Below, piece by piece: positions 51,017 through 63,625 of a stretch of DNA of 64,000 nucleotides. Every line of letters begins with the position of its first letter. Within the stretch, counting starts at the first letter, position 1. This stretch comes from Macrostomum lignano (Eukaryota). A model generated the notes under the pieces. That model did no database searches, was not told where the DNA came from, and saw only the letters and a list, made by a program, of their open reading frames with translations. Position numbers and translations under genes: made by a program. The DNA is taken from NCBI GenBank assembly GCA_002269645.1, contig NIVC01000910.1, positions 322,944 to 386,943 on the forward strand, written 5' to 3'.

Positions 51017-54000
51017 CCAAGGGGGGGGGAAAATTTCCCCCCCCCCTGACAATTTTTTTTGCTGCGCCGGAACGGAGCAACGCAGACACACAAAATTCAA
51101 GAACACGGGCTAACTTTTTGTTGCGCACCTTCTCAAACAAGAATCAAGTCGCCAGCCCTCCGGACCGTCGAGATATTCGACGATTCTGCCAGAAGGTCGG
51201 ATTTTTCCCATAAGCGCTAGTGTATTCAGTACACCCCTGTGCGCCAATCAGCACTGCGCCTCAGTGCAGCCTTGCCAAGTCTCCAAATTTCATCAGCACG
51301 TCGACCACATGTGTCTGCATCAGCTCTGACTTCGTTGGTCACTAGCCTTCACCCAGGCGGAGCTTCTGGACCTTCAACAGGTGGCACCAAGTGACTATGG
51401 ACACTCTGATACGAATTTCTCGAGTTTCGCTGATCAAGCCTCGACAGTGGGCATACCTCAACTGCTAGGTATCCTCAGCTAGTCTCTCGAGCCTTCCATC
51501 ATCACCCCGACGCCGTCGGCACCTTCAACGGATTACACCAGGTGACTATGAACACCCTGATGCAAATTTCTCTAGTTTCGCTGATCAAGCCTTGCCAATG
51601 GGCAAGCCTCAACCGCGAAACATCTTCAGCTAGTCTCTCAAGCATTCAGTCATCACCCCGACGCCGTCGGCACCTTCAACAGATGACACCAGGCGACTAT
51701 GAACTTTGATGCGAATTTCTCTAGTTTCGCTGATCAAGCCTCGACAGTGAGCAAGCCTCAACTTCTGGACACCCTCAGCTAGTCTCTCAAGCATTCCGTC
51801 ATCATCCCGACGCCGTCGGCACCTTCAACAGGTGGCACCAGGTGACTATGAACACCTTGATGCGAACTTCTCGAGTTTCACCGATCAAGCCTCGACAGTA
51901 GGCAAGCCTCAACTGCCGGACACCCTCAGCTAGTCTCTCAAGCATTCCGTCATCATCCCGACGCCGTCGGCACCTTCAACAGGTGGCACCAGGTGACTAT
52001 GAACACCTTGATGCGAACTTCTCGAGTTTCACCGATCAAGCCTCGACAGTAGGCAAGCCTCAACTGCCGGATACCCTCAGCTAGTCTCTCAAGCATTCAG
52101 TCATCACTCGGACGCCGTCGGCACCTTCAACAGATGACACCAGGTGACTATGAACACCTTGATGCGAACTTCTCGAGTTTCACCGATCAAGCCTCGACAG
52201 TAGGCAAGCCTCAACTGCCGGATACCCTCAGCTAGTCTCTCAAGCATTCCGTCATCATCCCGACGCCGTCGGCACCTTCAACAGGTGGCACCAGGTGACT
52301 ATGAACACCTTGATGCGAACTTCTCGAGTTTCACCGATCGAGCCTCGACAGTAGGCAAGCTTCAACTGCCGGACACCCTCAGCTAGTCTCTCAAGCATTC
52401 CGTCATCATCCCGACGCCGTCGGCACCTTCAACGGATTACACCAGGTGACTATGAACACCCTGATGCAAATTTCTCTAGTTTCGCTGATCAAGCCTTGCC
52501 AATGGGCAAGCCTCAACCGCGAAACATCTTCAGCTAGTCTCTCAAGCATTCAGTCATCACCCCGACGCCGTCGGCACCTTCAACAGGTGGCACCAGGTGA
52601 CTATGAACACCTTGATGCGAACTTCTCGAGTTTCACCGATCAAGCCTCGACAGTAGGCAAGCCTCAACTGCCGGACATCCTCAGCTAGTCAGTCAAGCAT
52701 TCCGTCATCACCCCGACGCCGTCGGCACCTTCAACAGGTGGCACCAGGGGAGTAATGACACGTGAGCGTGATTTTTCATCATGCTCTTAACATTTCTGAA
52801 TCATTAAAAAATGAAAAAACCGACTGAATTTACTGGCTTTTTAAAAGCATAACCCTTTCTGCATTGGGTTCAATATTATAGCTGAATAAACTAAACAGCT
52901 TTTCGAATAAAATATGTATGTAGCTCGTATGCATAAAAGTATGTGTAATAATAATATAAATATACAGCAACATGAGTTCAAGCTGAACTATAGCAATGTC
53001 CGTGCTTGAAAAATTTTGAGAGCTTCAGAAATGTTAAGAGCATGATGAAAAATCACGCTCAGGTGTCCTTACTCCCCTGGTGTCATCTGTTGAAAGAGCC
53101 GACGGCGTCCGGATGATGACGGAATGCTTGAGAGACTAGCTGAGGATGTCCAGCAGTTGAGGCTTGCCCACTGTCGAGGCTTGATCGGTGAAACTCGATG
53201 ACGTGACGCGAAAGTCAGGAATCGAATGTTGTTTGAACGAGTATAAATTCTTGCGATATATTTGCAGTAGTAGAATAGTCTAAGTTGCTTGACGAGACAC
53301 AGATCGAGAGCAATGGTTTAAATATTGCGACTATTGAAAATATTGAAGTGGAGTATTGAACTATATTGATGCACTGCATGATTGAGCATGTGGAGGGACT
53401 TAAGGGGCGAGGCAAGGCTAGAGCAACGATGTACACTGAATTGCACTGAATTGCAAAGTGACTGAGTTAGCAGAATAAAGTTAAGCAAAAAACCGCACAC
53501 AGTTACCCATGCTAGCAAACCAATGAACCGTCACTTCACTCGAGAAGTTCGCATCAAGGTGTTCATAGTCACCTGGTGCCACCTGTTGAAGGTGCCGACG
53601 GCGTCGGGATGATGACGGAATGCTTGAGAGACTAGCTGAGGGTATCCGGCAGTTGAGGCTTGCCTACTGTCGAGGCTTGATCGGTGAAACTCGAGAAGTT
53701 CGCATCAAGGTGTTCATAGTCACCTGGTGTCATCTGTTGAAGGTGCCGACGGCGTCCGAGTGATGACTGAATGCTTGAGAGACTAGCTGAGGGTATCCGG
53801 CAGTTGAGGCTTGCCTACTGTCGAGGCTTGATCGGTGAAACTCGAGAAGTTCGCATCAAGGTGTTCATAGTCACCTGGTGCCACCTGTTGAAGGTGCCGA
53901 CGGCGTCGGGATGATGACGGAATGCTTGAGAGACTAGCTGAGGGTGTCCGGCAGTTGAGGCTTGCCTACTGTCGAGGCTTGATCGGTGAAACTCGAGAAG

Positions 54001-54851
54001 TTCGCATCAAGGTGTTCATAGTCACCTGGTGCCACCTGTTGAAGGTGCCGACGGCGTCGGGATGATGACGGAATGCTTGAGAGACTAGCTGAGGGTGTCC
54101 AGAAGTTGAGGCTTGCTCACTGTCGAGGCTTGATCAGCGAAACTAGAGAAATTCGCATCAAAGTTCATAGTCGCCTGGTGTCATCTGTTGAAGGTGCCGA
54201 CGGCGTCGGGGTGATGACTGAATGCTTGAGAGACTAGCTGAAGATGTTTCGCGGTTGAGGCTTGCCCATTGGCAAGGCTTGATCAGCGAAACTAGAGAAA
54301 TTTGCATCAGGGTGTTCATAGTCACCTGGTGTAATCCGTTGAAGGTGCCGACGGCGTCGGGGTGATGATGGAAGGCTCGAGAGACTAGCTGAGGATACCT
54401 AGCAGTTGAGGTATGCCCACTGTCGAGGCTTGATCAGCGAAACTCGAGAAATTCGTATCAGAGTGTCCATAGTCACTTGGTGCCACCTGTTGAAGGTCCA
54501 GAAGCTCCGCCTGGGTGAAGGCTAGTGACCAACGAAGTCAGAGCTGATGCAGACACATGTGGTCGACGTGCTGATGAAATTTGGAGACTTGGCAAGGCTG
54601 CACTGAGGCGCAGTGCTGATTGGCGCACAGGGGTGTACTGAATACACTAGCGCTTATGGGAAAAATCCGACCTTCTGGCAGAATCGTCGAATATCTCGAC
54701 GGTCCGGAGGGCTGGCGACTTGATTCTTGTTTGAGAAGGTGCGCAACAAAAAGTTAGCCCGTGTTCTTGAATTTTGTGTGTCTGCGTTGCTCCGTTCCGG
54801 CGCAGCAAAAAAAATTGTCAGGGGGGGGGAAATTTTTCCCCCCCCCCTTGG
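51017..54851. mobile_element. Foldback-type element with long inverted arms made of 151-bp tandem repeats
   Basis: Ends CCAAGGGGGGGGG...CCCCCCCTTGG, with TA on both sides. About 51017-52326 is the reverse complement of ~53543-54851. An inner inverted pair (~52610-52800 / 53024-53198) flanks an AT-rich spacer. No ORF recognised. Confidence 0.92.
53199..53538. mobile_element. Solo LTR nested in the foldback element
   Basis: Starts TGACGTGACG and ends CGTCACTTCA (imperfect inverted termini, TG...CA). 5-bp TSD CTCGA at 53194-53198 and 53539-53543. Internal AATAAA. Confidence 0.85.
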
Positions 54852-56419
54852 TAGTTCTACTGCTAATCAGCATGCCCGAAATGCGGAGGTGTGATGATAT
54901 CCTTTCGCTTACTACCTTTATCCTTGTAGAATGTGAAATTGCCTCGAGGATAGAGCTGGAAGGTGGGAGAGGAAAGCCATAAGGGAAGAGAAAGGAGTAA
55001 AGAAGTAAGCGACCTCTGAAGTGCGACGCCAGCTGCAGCGCACCTGTCGCTTATCCCAGTGCCGCAACGGGATCTCTTTCACTCTCTCACTGCTTCCCAT
55101 GCTCCCAGCCTCCTCCCCTTACTTACTACTCTAATTCCTCTTTCCCCTATTCTTTTAGCCGCGAAGGTGAATTGTCACCTGTGTGGGGCCGGCAACCCGC
55201 AGCCACCGGCTGGCTACAAATTGCAACTCCATCTCGTCCTGCACGTAGGCTGGACTAAATGGAGACGGTTACATTATTCTCTCAAAAAGCTCAAGATGTA
55301 GAAAGCAAAGCCGGACACTTATTCTGCATTAAATTGGTTGCTAGGTGCTATGGCTGAGAGAAAGCTGCATAAAGTAAAATGTTATACCTAATAATTCGAA
55401 TAGCATGCCGTGCCTTGGGGGAGCTGGTCTCTGGGTAATCGATGCGAGACGGCGTGCCGCTCCACCTCCCTCCCGCTTCCTCGAGCAGCGACTTCTGTGA
55501 ATTATAGATTTGCCTGTGTATAAGCCGCAGGTCCGGGGACCTCGGGGAGGAAGCTGATCTCTCCTCTCACCCGCTTCCCCTTCCCATTGGACCTTTAAGC
55601 CTCTTCTCTCGTAGCGAAATCCGCTTTCATTGTGACTCAGTGGGGGAATGGAATACGAGAGGATCAGCGATAAGCCTGCCGGTGCTGCGTGGGTTAGTAA
55701 GGAGTCGGGTTGCGCTGGTCGTTAAGCATTCGACAACCGAAAATTGGGATTAAGAATGATGAATTTATGATGGGAGCAATCAATTCAGTTTTGTGTGTCT
55801 GGGTAGAACTAGATTTTATTTTGCTTTTTTAAAGAAGCATTTTTTCGTGAATTGATAAAACTACCTGCCAGTAATTTGGTATTAATTAAATTGCTTTCCC
55901 CTAGATGTGTTTTTCTATTGAACAAGAACTTTGGTCACACTTGCTCATACTCTAATACCTTGTTTAATCCCCTGTTGGAACAGATTTGTTTGGTAAGAAG
56001 ACCAGCAACAACCAGTGTTTTCGTGAAAACTCGTTTCCGTTGCTTTTGCTCGATCAGCAATGATCCTAACGAGTAATCCCGTAACGAATAGCTAGCTCAG
56101 CTTGTTATAAGCTCGTCTTTAACCCCCCCCCATCATATTGGTGAACGGCGTGCTTCCACAGCGCAGTAGACTGAGCTCATTTTGCCTAGATGCATACTAT
56201 ATCTACTCGTATGTCAAGTAAAACCCCACAGCAATCGAGATTCCACCGTCACTATTGGCATTAAACCGATAGAAGTTGAGTGTCCCCTTCCTTTGTTGTG
56301 ATATAAAAACCCCAGATAGAAAAAAATGGTTGTTTATCTAAAAGTTAATACACGTTGATACAGTTTGTCTCAATGCGACGGGTGATTAAGTGAAAGTTTA
56401 ACTCAATGCTGATTTTTGA

Positions 56420-56770
56420 CAGCTAATCAGCGGTGATTCAGGGGTAGGGTTGGAGAGATGGGTTGGGGCAGAACGAGACGGCGTGTGCTAGGAAGAATAG
56501 TCAGTGAAATTAATGAGCTTTATAGCCAGCCAATCAGCGGTGATTGAGGGGCAGGGTAGGAGAGATGGGTGGGACAGAACGAGAGAGGCGTGGGTTAGGA
56601 AGAATTGTCAGTGAAATTAATGAGCTTTATAGCCAGCCAATAAGCGGTGATTGAGGAGCAGGGTTGGGGAGATGGGGTGGGGCAGAACCAGACGGTTAGG
56701 AAGGAAATTGAGTAAAATGATTTGAATGAGCCCTCAAGCCAGCCAATTAGCGGCGATTAAGGGGCAGGAA
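56420..56770. repeat. Degenerate tandem repeat (~105-120-bp units, 3-4 copies)
   Basis: agccagccaatcagcggtgattgaggggcaggg...gagatggg...cagaac repeated. Confidence 0.75.
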
Positions 56771-57634
56771 AAATGGTTCCCTAGTCCACACATGTAAATA
56801 TTTGTCAACCAACTAAACCAGAATAAATGTTGACACGGAATGCGGTTTGATTCCAGTCGTTTTTTATCATATTCAATAATTCTTTCAATCAGTTGTTGAC
56901 TGAATCGAATAAATCGTTTTTTATTCTTGAAACAAACTTTATCGGTTGTTGCTGCATAGCTTTGAAGCTAGAAAAGACTAAGATAATAGTTTTCAGAAAA
57001 CGCTGGATACGAAGTCATGTGATTTTTTTCTGCTTTCGTCAAAGGCCAAACAAAACGGCACATTCGAACCAAAATAGGAATCAGAAAGAAGTTTTCTGCT
57101 TTTCTGCATAGCCGCAGCTAGTGGACTTTTGAATATTTATAATGGGTTCGCTATCCTGCCCCGTGGGTTTAGCCGACAGGACACGGGTAGGAAACACCTG
57201 CAGCAAACAATATTGCTGCCTGGAAGATTATGCCGTGGTTGGGACGCGGTCGTTGCTTAGGACGATAACTAATATATTCCCATAACTCCGTTTGCTTACG
57301 TGCATATTTCTGATGGTTAAACGTGCACAGGACACGAGTTTTTCGAACTTGGCGCACAGTTTTTTCCTGTTGTTCATGTTCTATGTGCGTCTCAACAAGT
57401 AGTCAGTCAGTATTTTATCCCCGCTTATTTTTACAATGCGATTTACTGTGTACTGTACTGTATTTGTTCACACACCGTTTGTAAAATAGCTCGCATACAG
57501 ATACAGTACGCAACTACTGTTTGCGTATTAGTATTAGTAGGGAATTTCCTAAATTGTCAAACAGGTGGAGAAATGAATTATAAGGCATTTAGAAGCTAGA
57601 CTGAGGAGGATAAAGTACTGACGGCTGAATGCGG

Positions 57635-58095
57635 GTGTGGAGTGAGAGAGAGGGGTTGGGGCAGGAAACTTGCACCAGCCAATCAAGATGGTCGGTGAAG
57701 GACAGGGAGTGATGGGCTAAAATGGGGGTTGAATGGGTGTGGAGTGAGAGAGGGGTTGGGGCAGGAAACTTGCGCCAGCCAATCAAGATGGTCGGTGAAG
57801 GACAGGGAGTGAGGTGGCTAAAATGGGGGTTGAATGGGTGTGGAGTGAGAGAGGGGTTGGGGGCAGAAAACTTGCGCCAGCCAATCAAGATGGTCGGTGA
57901 AGGACAGGGAGTGAGGTGGCTAAAATGGGGGTTGAATGGGTGTGGAGTGAGAGAGGGGTTGGGGGCAGAAAACTTGCGCCAGCCAATCAAGATGGTCGGT
58001 GAAGGACAGGGAGTGAGGTGGCTAAAATGGGGAACGGGGGGTGAATGGGTGTGGAGTGAGAGAGAGAGCTTGGGGAAGGAAACTTGCGCCAGACA
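57635..58095. repeat. ~108-bp minisatellite, ~4 copies
   Basis: gggtgtggagtgagagaggggttggggcag...ccagccaatcaagatggtcggtgaaggacagggagtgaggtggcta. Confidence 0.92.
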
Positions 58096-58448
58096 ATCGA
58101 AACGGATACAATAGGGTTTATAGTGTGTATCAGGGATGTTTTAAAGCCAGATTACCAATAAAAACAGCCATTGATAGTTTCCACCAGCCTTACTTGCATT
58201 ACTTGAAATTCGATATGGAATTTTTTTGTCAATAATCGCATAACTACAAGTCCGAGTCTGCTCCAATGATAATAGAACTTGAATAATCAAGTAAAGAATC
58301 CTAGCCTGCTATGCTTCGTACATAAATCTAACTTATTACTTGGATAATTATTTTAGATCATTAAACTTTTGCACGAAACTGTTTTTCTAGGGATAATTCA
58401 TGCATTGCAAGCAAAGTTTAACTCGCCAAAAAATTGACAACTTTCAAG

Positions 58449-58556
58449 GAACGGACGAACTCCATCTGGGTGAACCCATTACCTTTACCGAAGCGATGTC
58501 AATGATGAGGAAGATGCGGCAGCTGCGTTACCAATGGCTCAGCTGCAGCAAAAGAG
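58449..58556 (+). CDS. DPP6/10-like exon (phase 1 to 1)
   Basis: ttcaag|GA...AGA G|gtaata. (R)TDELHLGEPITFTEAMSMMRKMRQLRYQWLSCSKR(G) aligns positionally with the DPP 'VTVEDLF...WIS' segment. Phases match both neighbouring exons. Confidence 0.65.
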
Positions 58557-58679
58557 GTAATAAATGATAGAAGATCCTATTGATTGTGAACATGCTGTAG
58601 GCCATTTTTACCAGCCAATTAACAAGGTAGATCTTTGAAGAGTGAATAGGCGGGGATGGCTGCCATACTAAACTTTAGG

Positions 58680-59195
58680 GATGGTTGCGACTTGGAGGAG
58701 TAAGAAGCATCACAGACACTTTTGCCAGCCAATCACAATGCAGATAGGGCTAGAGTTGGGAGTGAGGTGGCTGACATACTGAACTTTGGGAGGGTTGCGA
58801 CTTGGAGGAGTAAGAAGCATCACAGACACTTTTGCCAGCCAATCACAATGCAGATAGGGCTAGAGTTGGGAGTGAGGTGGCTGACATACTGAACTTTGGG
58901 GAGGGTTGCGACTTGGAGGGGTAAGAAGCATCACAGACACTTTTGCCAGCCAATCACAATGCAGATAGGGCTAGAGTTGGGAGTGAGGTGGCTGACATAC
59001 TGAACTTTGGGGAGGGTTGCGACTTGGAGGGGTAAGAAGCATCACAGACACTTTTGCCAGCCAATCACAATGCAGATAGGGCTAGAGTTGGGAGTGAGGT
59101 GGCTGACATACTGAACTTTGGGGAGGGTTGCGACTTAGAGGGGTAGGAAACATCAGAGACTAATACAGATAGGGTAAGAGTTGGAGTGAGGTGGG
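58680..59195. repeat. ~115-bp minisatellite, ~4 copies
   Basis: gggttgcgacttggagg...gccagccaatcacaatgcagatagggctagagttgggagtgaggtggctgacatactgaactttggg. Confidence 0.92.
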
Positions 59196-59232
59196 GCTGA
59201 AAGATTAACACTTGATTTTCACCTTTTCCCAG

Positions 59233-59357
59233 GCGCTACTGCAGACGTTCTGGTGTACCTGAACGCCAGCTCTGGCGACATTATGCAGGCCAGCTTCGAC
59301 CAGAACAATGATACTGTGTCCGTTTCCAGGCTACTGTCGAAGGACCAGTTTAGCGAG
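59233..59357 (+). CDS. DPP6/10-like exon (phase 1 to 0)
   Basis: ttcccag|GC...GAG|gtagcc. ATADVLVYLNASSGDIMQASFDQNNDTVSVSRLLSKDQFSE. Confidence 0.75.
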
Positions 59358-59447
59358 GTAGCCATCAACGATGCGATGTGTATTATACTCTATCGATCGG
59401 CAACGCGCATACATTTTTCAACTTCTCTCCTGCCCCATTCATTGTAG

Positions 59448-59516
59448 GGCAGCATTGGACATTTTGTCGCCTCGAGAGATTGTCAAACTCTGCTTATTCA
59501 AAGTAGTCCTGAAAAG
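59448..59516 (+). CDS. DPP6/10-like exon (phase 0 to 0)
   Basis: ttgtag|GGC...AAG|gtaatg. GSIGHFVASRDCQTLLIQSSPEK corresponds to the DPP 'YxISPDxxYxL' segment. Confidence 0.72.
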
Positions 59517-59579
59517 GTAATGGCTTTTAACTATCAGCACTTGATTGGAGGTTTAAAGATGCCCGTGAAGGGGCTTGAG

Positions 59580-59890
59580 GTTCCAGTGGAGGGTTAGAGG
59601 TGCCAGTGGAGGGTTAGAGGTGCCAGTGGAGGGTTAGAGGTGCCAGTGGAGGGTTAGAGGTGCCAGTGGACGGTTAAAAGTGTCAGTGGAGGGTTAAAAG
59701 TGTCAGTGGAGGGTTAAAAGTGCCCGTGGACGGTTAAAAGTGTCAGTGGAGGGTTAAAAGTGTCAGTGGAGGGTTAAAAGTGTCAGTGGAGGGTTAAAAG
59801 TGTCAGTGGAGGGTTAAAAGTGTCAGTGGAGGGTTAAAAGTGTCAGTGAAGGGTTAAAAGTGACAGTGGAGGGTTAAAAGTGTCAGTGGT
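59580..59890. repeat. 20-bp minisatellite in DPP intron
   Basis: Unit agtggagggttaaaagtgtc. Confidence 0.95.
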
Positions 59891-59954
59891 CTGAGTGTTT
59901 AGAGGCGTTCAACGAACTCCTAGCAACACAATTCTGCTAAAAAAATCGCTGCAG

Positions 59955-60016
59955 ATTTACCGGCACTCCTCGAGCGCATTCTACAAGCTGGTCGCACTGC
60001 CAAAAGCGCCAGGACA
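59955..60016 (+). CDS. DPP6/10-like exon (phase 0 to 2)
   Basis: ctgcag|ATT...CA|gtaagt. IYRHSSSAFYKLVALPKAPG (compare DPP IYQHSYTGYY / xWRHSYTASY). Confidence 0.85.
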
Positions 60017-60219
60017 GTAAGTGGTCTGTAACGTGACCTTGAGCTTGACCGACAGCTTGCCTATGCTTTCCGAAAATCTAATTGAGCTGATGAAGCCATT
60101 GGCGGGCAAAACAGTTGGATTAAAATTTCTCTATTTGGTCAAACGCTACGTGCCAGAAGCCTCAACGAGGCGAATTATCAAAGCTATAGGCTTAGTCCTT
60201 AATCTCTCCCCCGCCGCAG

Positions 60220-60316
60220 GCGAATTACAGAGAAGAGCCTCTGCCCGGAGGGGAATTGCGAAGTTAATCCAGCCAGGCTTCGCGCCGTGCAGTGGGGCTC
60301 CGACGGCGCCTTTGTG
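60220..60316 (+). CDS. DPP6/10-like exon (phase 2 to 0)
   Basis: ccgcag|G...GTG|gtaagc. RITEKSLCPEGNCEVNPARLRAVQWGSDGAFV (compare LQYAGWGPKGQQL). Confidence 0.8.
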
Positions 60317-60439
60317 GTAAGCAGATTGAGTCTTGAGCCACCGGCAGATGCTGTTCACAGAGCTCTATTTTTGATTGAACCTGTGTGGCCTGCGTGACTA
60401 AACTGCTTTTCAAATACACTGACTCACACTCCCTCCTCT

Positions 60440-61152
60440 GGTGCCAGTCCCTTCAGTCCCTCCGCTGCCAGTCCCTCCGCTGCCAGTCCCTCAGATGCCA
60501 GTCCCTCAGATGCCAGTCCCTCAGATGCCAGTCCCTCAGATGCCAGTCCCTCAGATGCCAGTCCCTCAGATGCCAGTCCCTCAGATGCCAGTCCCTCAGA
60601 TGCCAGTCCCTCAGATGCCAGTCCCTCAGATGCCAGTCCCTCAGATGCCAGTCCCTCAGATGCCAGTCCCTCAGATGCCAGTCCCTCAGATGCCAGTCCC
60701 TCAGATGCCAGTCCCTCAGATGCCAGTCCCTCAGATGCCAGTCCCTCAGATGCCAGTCCCTCAGATGCCAGTCCCTCAGATGCCAGTCCCTCAGATGCCA
60801 GTCCCTCAGATGCCAGTCCCTCAGATGCCAGTCCCTCAGATGCCAGCCCTCAGATGCCAGTCCCTCAGATGCCAGTCCCTCAGATGCCAGTCCCTCAGAT
60901 GCCAGTCCCTCAGATGCCAGTCCCTCAAGATGCCAGTCCCTCAGATGCCAGTCCCTCAGATGCCAGTCCCTCAGATGCCAGTCCCTCAAGATGCCAGTCC
61001 CTCAGATGCCAGTCCCTCAGATGCCAGTCCCTCAGATGCCAGTCCCTCAGATGCCAGTCCCTCAGATGCCAGTCCCTCAGATGCCAGGCCCTCAGATGCC
61101 AGTCCCTCAGATGCCAGGCCCTCAGATGCCAGTCCCTCAGATGCCAGTCCCT
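60440..61152. repeat. 15-bp minisatellite in DPP intron
   Basis: Unit tgccagtccctcaga. Confidence 0.97.
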
Positions 61153-61190
61153 ACCGTTAATTTGTACTCAACTCTAATCCCAACCCGCAG

Positions 61191-61314
61191 GCGTTCGTAT
61201 TCGATAACAATATTTACTACTCAGCAAAGCCGTTCGAGGAGCCGGCAGTGAAGATCACCAACAGCCCGCTGGACCCGGCCATCACAGTTGGCACTTGCAA
61301 CTGGGTTTATGAAG
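61191..61314 (+). CDS. DPP6/10-like exon (phase 0 to 1)
   Basis: ccgcag|GCG...GAA G|gtgcag. AFVFDNNIYYSAKPFEEPAVKITNSPLDPAITVGTCNWVYE. Confidence 0.88.
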
Positions 61315-61489
61315 GTGCAGGCACTGATTCATAATTTTTGTTGAGGAAGTATTCGAGCCTTCTAGATATAAATCTCATAGGAAATAAAGCCAGAATTTGA
61401 AGTACCAACTCTTGTCTAATTAATTGTTTTTAAAGGTTTTGCGACTAAAATAAGTGATTGTTTGAAATACTTTATCAGTCTTACTTTGA

Positions 61490-61672
61490 TCTAATCTGAT
61501 CTAATTCAATCTAATCAGATCTAGCCTAATCTAATCTGATCTAGCCTAATCTAATCTAATCTAATCAGATCTAATCTGGTCTTATCTAATCTAATCTGAT
61601 CTAATATAATCTGATCTAATCTGATCTAATCTGATCTAATCTAATCTGAGCTGATCTAATCAGATCTAATCT
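61490..61672. repeat. (ATCTA/ATCTG)n pentamer repeat in DPP intron
   Basis: Direct reading. Confidence 0.9.
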
Positions 61673-61704
61673 AAACCGCGCACTCATTGCCTCAATGAAC
61701 GCAG

Positions 61705-62099
61705 AGGAGATCCTGGAAAGCAGCGACGCGTTCTGGGTGTCCCCCGGCGACGAGCGCATCGCCTACTTGGTGTTCAACGACTCGGCCGTGCAGGCCTACC
61801 GCATGCCCTGGTACGGCAGCCCCACCAACATGTACATCCAGCAGCGCGGCGTGCCCTACCCGAAGGCCGGATCCAGGGCGCCGCTGACGAAAGTATCGCT
61901 GCGAGTTTACGACATCGCCAGCCGGCGGACAATCGAGCTGTCGAAGCCGATGGCGGTGCCACAAGAGCACTACGTGACCCTGGTGCGCTGGTTCAACTCA
62001 ACGCACCTCATCGTTGGCTGGGTGAACCGCAACCAGGACAGGGGCTTTCTGGGAGTCTGCGACCTGGGCACCGCCTCTGCTACCGCAACCTGCCGATTG
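61705..62099 (+). CDS. DPP6/10-like exon, DPPIV_N beta-propeller core
   Basis: acgcag|AG completes WVYEEEIL. FWVSPGDERIAYLVFNDSAV...YPKAGS...EHYVTLVRW...WVNRNQD. Donor TTG|gtgagc. Confidence 0.93.
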
Positions 62100-62164
62100 G
62101 TGAGCCTGCGGTGGACTTGAACCAATTCACAACCTTTGCGGCTGCTGAACTCTTATTTAGTTGA

Positions 62165-62865
62165 AGATTCCCCGAGAAAAGAGAATTCCCATCGAAATGA
62201 GAGATTCCTATCTGAGGGGATTCCCATCGAAATGAGAGATTCCCATCTGATGGGATTCCCATCGAAATGAGAGATTCCCATCTGAGGGAATTCCCATCGA
62301 AATGAGAGATTCCTATCTGAGGGAATTCCCATCGAAATGAGAGACTCCAATCTGAGGGAATTCCCATCGAAATGAGAGATTCCAATCTGAGGGAATTCCC
62401 ATCGAAATGAGAGATTCCTATCTGAGGGAATTCCCATCGAAATGAGAGACTCCAATCTGAGGGAATTCCCATCGAAATGAGAGATTCCTATCTGAGGGAA
62501 TTCCCATCGAAATGAGAGATTCCTATCTGAGGGAATTCCCATCGAAATGAGAGATTCCTATCTGAGGGAATTCCCATCGAAATGAGAGACTCCAATCTGA
62601 GGGAATTCCCATCTAACTTAGAGGTCCTAATCGGAGGGAATTCCCATCGAAATGAAAGGTTCCAATCGGAGGGAATTCCCATCGAAATGAAAGGTTCCAA
62701 TCTGAGGGAATTCCCATCTAACTTAGAGGTCCCAATCAGAGGGAATTCCCATCTAACTTAGCGGTCCCAATCGGAGGGAATTCCCATCGAAATGAGAGAT
62801 CGGAATCGGAGGGAATTCCTATCTGAATGAGAAGTCCCAATGGGAGGGAATTCCCATTTAAACGA
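62165..62865. repeat. 35-bp minisatellite in DPP intron
   Basis: Unit tctgagggaattcccatcgaaatgagagattccta. Confidence 0.95.
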
Positions 62866-63364
62866 GATTTTCATACCTGAGAGAGTTTCTATACTAATTA
62901 CCGTTTTCGAAAGGGATATAAAATCTAAGGTTAAAGAGGAATCCAAACGACGGAAATAAAAGCATTGAGACGGAAGAGAAATAAAAAATCAAACTCAGTC
63001 CCAGCTTTTAATCCTCAGATAATCCTTCCGCAAATAGGAATTCAAATACCCCTGGACAGGAAATTAATCCGAAAGGCGTTCGAAAGCCGAGCTGGAATCG
63101 ATCCGTACCCTTCTAACCGCACAGACCGTCTCTGGGGAATCGGATGACAAGAAATCAGGCAAAGATTTCCGTGTGTGTTTTTGAGTCTCTTGCAGCGAGT
63201 GAGAAGCTTTGAAACTGGAGCAGGCGGCCTGGCACTGGGCAAAACAGGGCGGATGACTGGCAGACCAAAGAGTTATTGGTATAAACAACATTTGCAAGCT
63301 ATGAAGCCACTGTTTATAAAAAAAATTTACCGATTTCATGAAAGCAAAAGGTGACTGAGGATTA

Positions 63365-63625
63365 ACAAGATAACTGACAGGATAAACAATGTGACTGACA
63401 GGATAAACAAGCTGACTGACAGGATAAACAAGCTGACTGACAGGATAAACAAGATAACTGACAGGATAAACAAGCTGACTGACAGGATAAACAAGATAAC
63501 TGACAGGATAAACAAGCTGACTGACAGGATAAACAAGCTGACTGACAGGATAAACAAGCTGACTGACAGGATAAACCATGTGACTGACAGGATAAACAAG
63601 CTAACTGACGGGATAAACAAGCTGA
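63365..63625. repeat. 21-bp minisatellite
   Basis: Unit tgactgacaggataaacaagc. Confidence 0.95.

Noticed and set aside
51380-52760. CRISPR-like array or coding repeat
   Set aside because: Eukaryotic context, contiguous 151-bp units without unique spacers, stops in the frames examined and a period not divisible by 3.
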